Origin: Octopus bimaculoides
Lineage: Eukaryota
Assembly: GCF_001194135.2 (NCBI RefSeq)
Contig: NC_068992.1
Span: 47,932,248-47,973,863, forward strand
Direction of reading: 5' to 3'
Length of the DNA stretch: 41,616 nt
Position 1 is the first letter of the stretch. Every line of letters starts with the position of its first letter. The position numbers and the translations under genes are program-made. Shown in pieces: positions 37,487 through 41,616 of this stretch. The notes below the pieces were generated by a model. The model was given only the letters and a program-made list of their open reading frames with translations. It was not told the DNA's origin and did no database searches.

Positions 37487-37709
37487 TAGGGGGCTGGTGC
37501 TGAAAAGTTCCTGGCTTTGGTAAAAGAAAATACAGGAAGATCTGTTAATTATGATTTTATTTAACATATTTCCCTCTCAGACTCACAAATTTATAGTCGT
37601 GGTCTTTCAGTTTTTTTAAGCCCTGTAAAAGAAATCAGCAGGTTGGGCCTCCAACCAGGCCTTTCGTGAAACCCTTAAAGTCAAGAACTTTTCAGCACCC
37701 CCTCATGTA
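37487..37709. mobile_element. Mariner-type MITE (TA-flanked)
   Basis: TIR core GGTGCTGAAAAGTTCCTGGCTTT / AAAGTCAAGAACTTTTCAGCACC. Confidence 0.8.
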
Positions 37710-37802
37710 CTATACTGTACAACAGAATATATTTTAAAGCTGCTTTTTTTTTTTAACAAATACTTATGCATAGACAGCTGCAAACACCTTGTCTTAAATA
37801 TA

Positions 37803-38043
37803 TAAAGTAATCCCTCGACGATCACAGGTGTTATGTTCCCAAACTCTCATGATAGGTGAAAGTCTGTGAAGTAGAAACGGTACTGTACTGTATATCTTTA
37901 TTATTATTATTTTTATTATTTGTACATATTTATTTTTTCATAAATGCAAAACAACACCATGAAGGAATCGAATAAGCTTAAATAATAAACCACAATAGGT
38001 GAACCGCAATAGGTGAACCACAATATGGTGCAGGATTACTGTA
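37803..38043 (+). mobile_element. Tigger/pogo-like MITE (AGTAATCCCTCGAC...GGATTACTG-TA)
   Basis: Terminal inverted repeat with TA flank, and a second inverted copy at 38789-38979. Confidence 0.75.
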
Positions 38044-38449
38044 TATACTTCATATATCATGGTATCGACCAGATTTTTGGATGCTGCTATTCATGACTTG
38101 TCACGAGTTCACAATGTTTTAGCTTTCAAATGACGCCACCCCACTGATTAGCCAGCTAAGCCAACATTTCCCCTGAATAGAATGCCAGGTTATTGCATGG
38201 TTACTCATTCATAATTGAGTGGACTAAAGCAACATAAAATGAAGTATCTTGCTCAAGAACACAGTGCAAAAGGGGTCTTGAAATTGAAACCACAATATTG
38301 CAATCATGAGTGCAACTTCCTAACCACTAAGCCATGAAGCAAAATATGTCCTTTGTCACTTCCTTTATAGCTTCGAAAATATAACTGTTAAAATCAAACT
38401 TCACTCTTCAAAATGTGAACTAAGAATAAGTGCAAGGTAAAATTAATAC

Positions 38450-38510
38450 CTGCTTTTGTAGCAAGCTGATGCAGGTAATTTATCCCACCTCTGACTTTTA
38501 GTTGATGCAA
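38450..38510 (-). CDS. Candidate internal exon (LHQLKVRGGINYLHQLATKA-G)
   Basis: Acceptor aatgcagttttttcag| and donor GCAG|gtatta. Phase-compatible with 32760-32843. Confidence 0.3.
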
Positions 38511-38788
38511 CTGAAAAAACTGCATTATTTATGGGATGACCCAATGATTTTGGTAAATATATCTGTTAAAATGAGATGTCAGTGTTATTTTCATTTGTGT
38601 ATAATTTAGATAACAGTTTATTCACTACACCCTGTACATGTCAATGGATGAAACTCTCAGACCAATTATTAATAATACATATTTATACTCATGCTTTTAG
38701 TTCTATTTTCTTGTGTACATGACCAAACCTATATATATATATATATNNNNNNNNNNNNNNNNNNNNNNNNNNNNNNNNNNNNNNNNNN

Positions 38789-38979
38789 CTATCGTGGTTC
38801 ATTATTTAAGCTTACGTTGATTCCTCTGTGGTGTTGTTTTGCCTTTATAATAAAATATATACAAGTTATAAAAATAATTTTAAAAATCAACAGTACAGTA
38901 CTGTTTCTACTTCACAGATTTTCCCCTATTGCAGGGTGTTTTGAAACATAACACTTGCGATAGTCGAGGAATTACTGTA
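38789..38979 (-). mobile_element. Tigger/pogo-like MITE, inverted second copy (truncated by gap)
   Basis: Reverse complement aligns with 37803-37990. Confidence 0.75.
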
Positions 38980-39388
38980 TATATATATATATATATATCT
39001 TTTACTAGTTTCAGTCATTGGACTGCAGCCATGCATGAGCACCACCTTCAAGGGTTGAAGCAAACAAATTGACCTCCATACTTATTTTTTAAGATTGGTA
39101 TTTATTCTATCAGTCCTTTGCCAAACTGCTAAGTTAAGGGGATCTAAACACACCAACACTTGTTGGTGGACAAACACATAGACAGACACACACACACATA
39201 GATATATGCATTTATATGGCAGGTTTCTTTCAGTTTCCATCTACAAGATCCATTCTCAAGGTTTTGGTTGGCCTAAGGTTATAGGAGAAGACACAACCAT
39301 GTGGCTGGGAAGCAAGCTTCTTACCACAAACCCACACATGTGTGTGAGTGTGTGTATCTGTGTCTGTGAGCAGATTTGAAGAAAGACC

Positions 39389-40088
39389 TGCTAATAGTTT
39401 CATGCTACGGAAATATAATAATTTGGTAGATTTATATAACATGCCCTGTATCTCCAAGCAATTTTTTAGGTTCGGTGCATACTGTTAGACATATTTGAAA
39501 ACCAGGACACTGCTCTCTGAGAAAACTTGAGAAAAACATAAGAAAAACTCACAGAAGGTTGATGAAAAAGTGGAACAAAAAGAATGAAAAGTAAGAAAAC
39601 CAAGATCTTCAGCCGCTTTGTCTGTAGAAATCATAATTTAGCTCATGTAGAAAAATATGACAGAGAGAAGTCTAAAGTCAGTGAGAAAGTTACTCAATCC
39701 AGAGATGGCGCTGTCCTCTAGTTTGATAATTTCTCCATGTGCTTGCATTTGCTAAAAATTCTGGATTTGGTATTCAGTAGTATGACAGAATTCTTGGATC
39801 GAAAAAGAATGTGCAGTCTTTCAACTACACATAACTGGCATCTCTTTGATCCATTCATATATGGCATAGATTTCTCCATGATTCTCCACTTGCTTGTATG
39901 TGGTGTGCAGTTGGTCTTCAGATGCTATACATGGAATCAACTGATTCATGTTTTCTCAAAGAACAGCATCCTAGCTTTCAAGCTGATCTAATGGTATGCA
40001 CTGAGCCAGAAAGATTGCTTGGAGACACATTGCATGTTATATAAATCCTCCAAAATTATTATATCTCTGCAGCATGAAACTATTAGCA
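39389..40088. repeat. About 142-bp inverted repeat pair (39389-39530 / 39946-40088) enclosing the Penelope fragment
   Basis: TGCTAATAGTTTCATGCT...TTTATATAACATGC...TCTCCAAGCAAT...GTGCATAC...TGAGAAAAC appears on opposite strands at roughly 75% identity by eye. Confidence 0.8.
39718..39921 (-). pseudogene. Penelope-like element GIY-YIG endonuclease C-terminal fragment
   Basis: 67 uninterrupted codons, LKTNCTPHTSKWRIMEKSMPYMNGSKRCQLCVVERLHILF...LLNTKSRIFSKCKHMEKLSN*. This matches the PLE pattern KW.I......Y.....RC.LC..E...I.....LLN.RSE....CRH. Confidence 0.85.
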
Positions 40089-40211
40089 TCTTCTTAAAAA
40101 ATTCTTTGCATATTAAATGATATTTATTTATCTCTCACTGGATGGAGTAATTATTTTGTTGATCCAACCTATAAAAGGAACAGTAATATATATATATATA
40201 TATATATATAG

Positions 40212-40365
40212 TGGGGGCAGGAATGGCTATGTCGTAAGAAGCTTGCTTTCCAACCACATGGTTCCGGTTCAGCCCCACTGTGTGGCAAGTGTCTTCTAGT
40301 ATATCCTCAGGTCAACTAAAGCCTTGTAAGTTGATTTGGTAGACAGAAACTGAAAGAAGCCCATC
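40212..40365 (+). mobile_element. CORE-like SINE 5' half
   Basis: GGCTATGTCGTAAGAAGCTTGCTT...GGTTCAGCCCC...GCAAGTGTCTTCTAG. Confidence 0.7.
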
Positions 40366-40872
40366 GTGCCTTCTCTCCCCTCCCTCTACTGCTCTCCATC
40401 ATCAACTCCTCATTTGCCAGCTATCACCCCTCAAAGCCCTCGCATATCTACTGCAATACTTGCCCCCAATCTTCTATATTTCCCTCCATCATTAGCTATA
40501 GTCACTCCATCCTGCCCACTCAACCATACCAAGCTTCTAAAGCACCTCACCTATTCTTACCACCTCCAATGCCCCTTGAGGGCATGCTCCAACACATACC
40601 CGCAATCATATCTCTCACAATCACTCCTTTACCTTACTCTCCGACATACTTTCCTTTGTTCTCCAAATGGAGTATCCATGTATCTACTCTTCAGCAAGAC
40701 ACCTATATCTGTCCCATCTATAACTTAAATATCTCAACTGGCACAAAACCACACAACCTCAGCTCTTCGTTGAGGGGCTCTTGTCTTGCAAGATACTTAG
40801 TGATTCTGTCAGTGCTGGTGCCACATAAAAAGCACCCAATATACTCTATAAAAGTGGTTGATAATACAGTTC

Positions 40873-41030
40873 TATATTTAAGAGATGAGGAATTATTTAC
40901 ATTTGATGGATATTTGTCCTCATCTTGTTTGAGTTAACACAATGTTTCGGCTGATATACCCTCCAGCCTTCAACAGGTGTCTTGGGGAAATTTCAAACCT
41001 GGGTTCTCATTCCTAAGGTATTTTTTGATG

Positions 41031-41077
<47 letters not shown>

Positions 41078-41143
41078 GTTATTATTATTCAGGTCACTGC
41101 CTGGAATTGAACTCGGAATTTTGGGGTTAGCAGCCCGTGCTCT
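40873..41143 (-). mobile_element. tRNA-Ser-like-headed SINE-like element with a hammerhead-bearing tail
   Basis: Minus strand: TTAAGAGCACGGG-CTGCTAA-CCC...GAGTTCAATTCC (B box), then (AAT)n, the hammerhead relic and an AGATGAGGA/TCCTCATCT hairpin. Confidence 0.6.
40936..40981 (-). ncRNA. Degenerate minimal type I hammerhead ribozyme
   Basis: GACAC-CTGTTGA-A-GGCTG-gagggtatat-CAGCC-GAAA-C-ATT-GTGTT. Helices I and II are intact, but two core positions deviate (CUGuUGA; AACaTT instead of AACGTT). Confidence 0.7.
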
Positions 41144-41540
41144 TAAAGTGGTTGAGGTTAAGAAGGGTATCCAGAGTTTCAACGGACAATGGCAACTAGT
41201 GTGGTACCTGGCTTTGTCAACTCCTATCAACCAGTCCAACCCATGCCAGCATGGAAACAAATATTAAATAATGATGATTGTGATGAGTATATACATATAT
41301 GTTAGTATACACACATATTACCATATACACATGTGTATAATTATGTGTGTGTGTGTGTGTGTTATGCTCATATTATTTTCAAGAAACAAACTAATTTAAT
41401 AAAACTTACTCAATATTGAATATATTACAGAAAACAAAATGAAAATGCGAAATAAATGATAAAAGTAATTTAACATGTTCAATATTTTTTGCTTTTGCAC
41501 ATTTCTACACTTCTTCACACACACACAAATACACACTATA

Positions 41541-41583
<43 letters not shown>

Positions 41584-41616
41584 TATCTATACATCTACAT
41601 ACATATATTTACATAT

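Noticed and set aside
38814-38840. 27-nt minus-strand exon with a strong gtaagc donor
   Set aside because: Lies inside the Tigger-like MITE copy.
39595-39615. CTGAAGA downstream of the Penelope stop as a third hammerhead
   Set aside because: No helix II or GAAA follows.
1-41616. CRISPR arrays, rRNA genes, prokaryotic operons, intact transposase ORFs
   Set aside because: None seen. The repeats are eukaryotic micro/minisatellites and all element ORFs are decayed.

Overview
Eukaryotic, AT-rich, gap-ridden draft scaffold. It is almost entirely intronic/intergenic and packed with microsatellites, SINEs, MITEs and decayed retroelements. The SINE/RTE families look like those I recall from octopus (coleoid cephalopod); this is inference, not database-checked. 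Nearly every ORF in the supplied track is an artefact of microsatellites, SINEs or N-gaps. Recognisable protein relics: an RLE-type (R4/Dong-like) LINE reverse transcriptase (22.1-23.5 kb) and endonuclease (25.2-25.7 kb), RTE-LINE 3' fragments, and a Penelope GIY-YIG C-terminus (39.7-39.9 kb). No host gene can be named. Candidates are a minus-strand gene end at 7.2-7.6 kb, a possible first exon at 14.3 kb, and a tandemly duplicated 70-nt plus-strand exon at 34.6 and 36.1 kb. The most striking signal is two different small non-coding elements carrying type I hammerhead ribozyme motifs. One has an intact catalytic core enclosed by ~45-bp inverted repeats (17.05-17.27 kb). The other is a decayed hammerhead in the tail of a tRNA-headed SINE-like element (40.9-41.1 kb).
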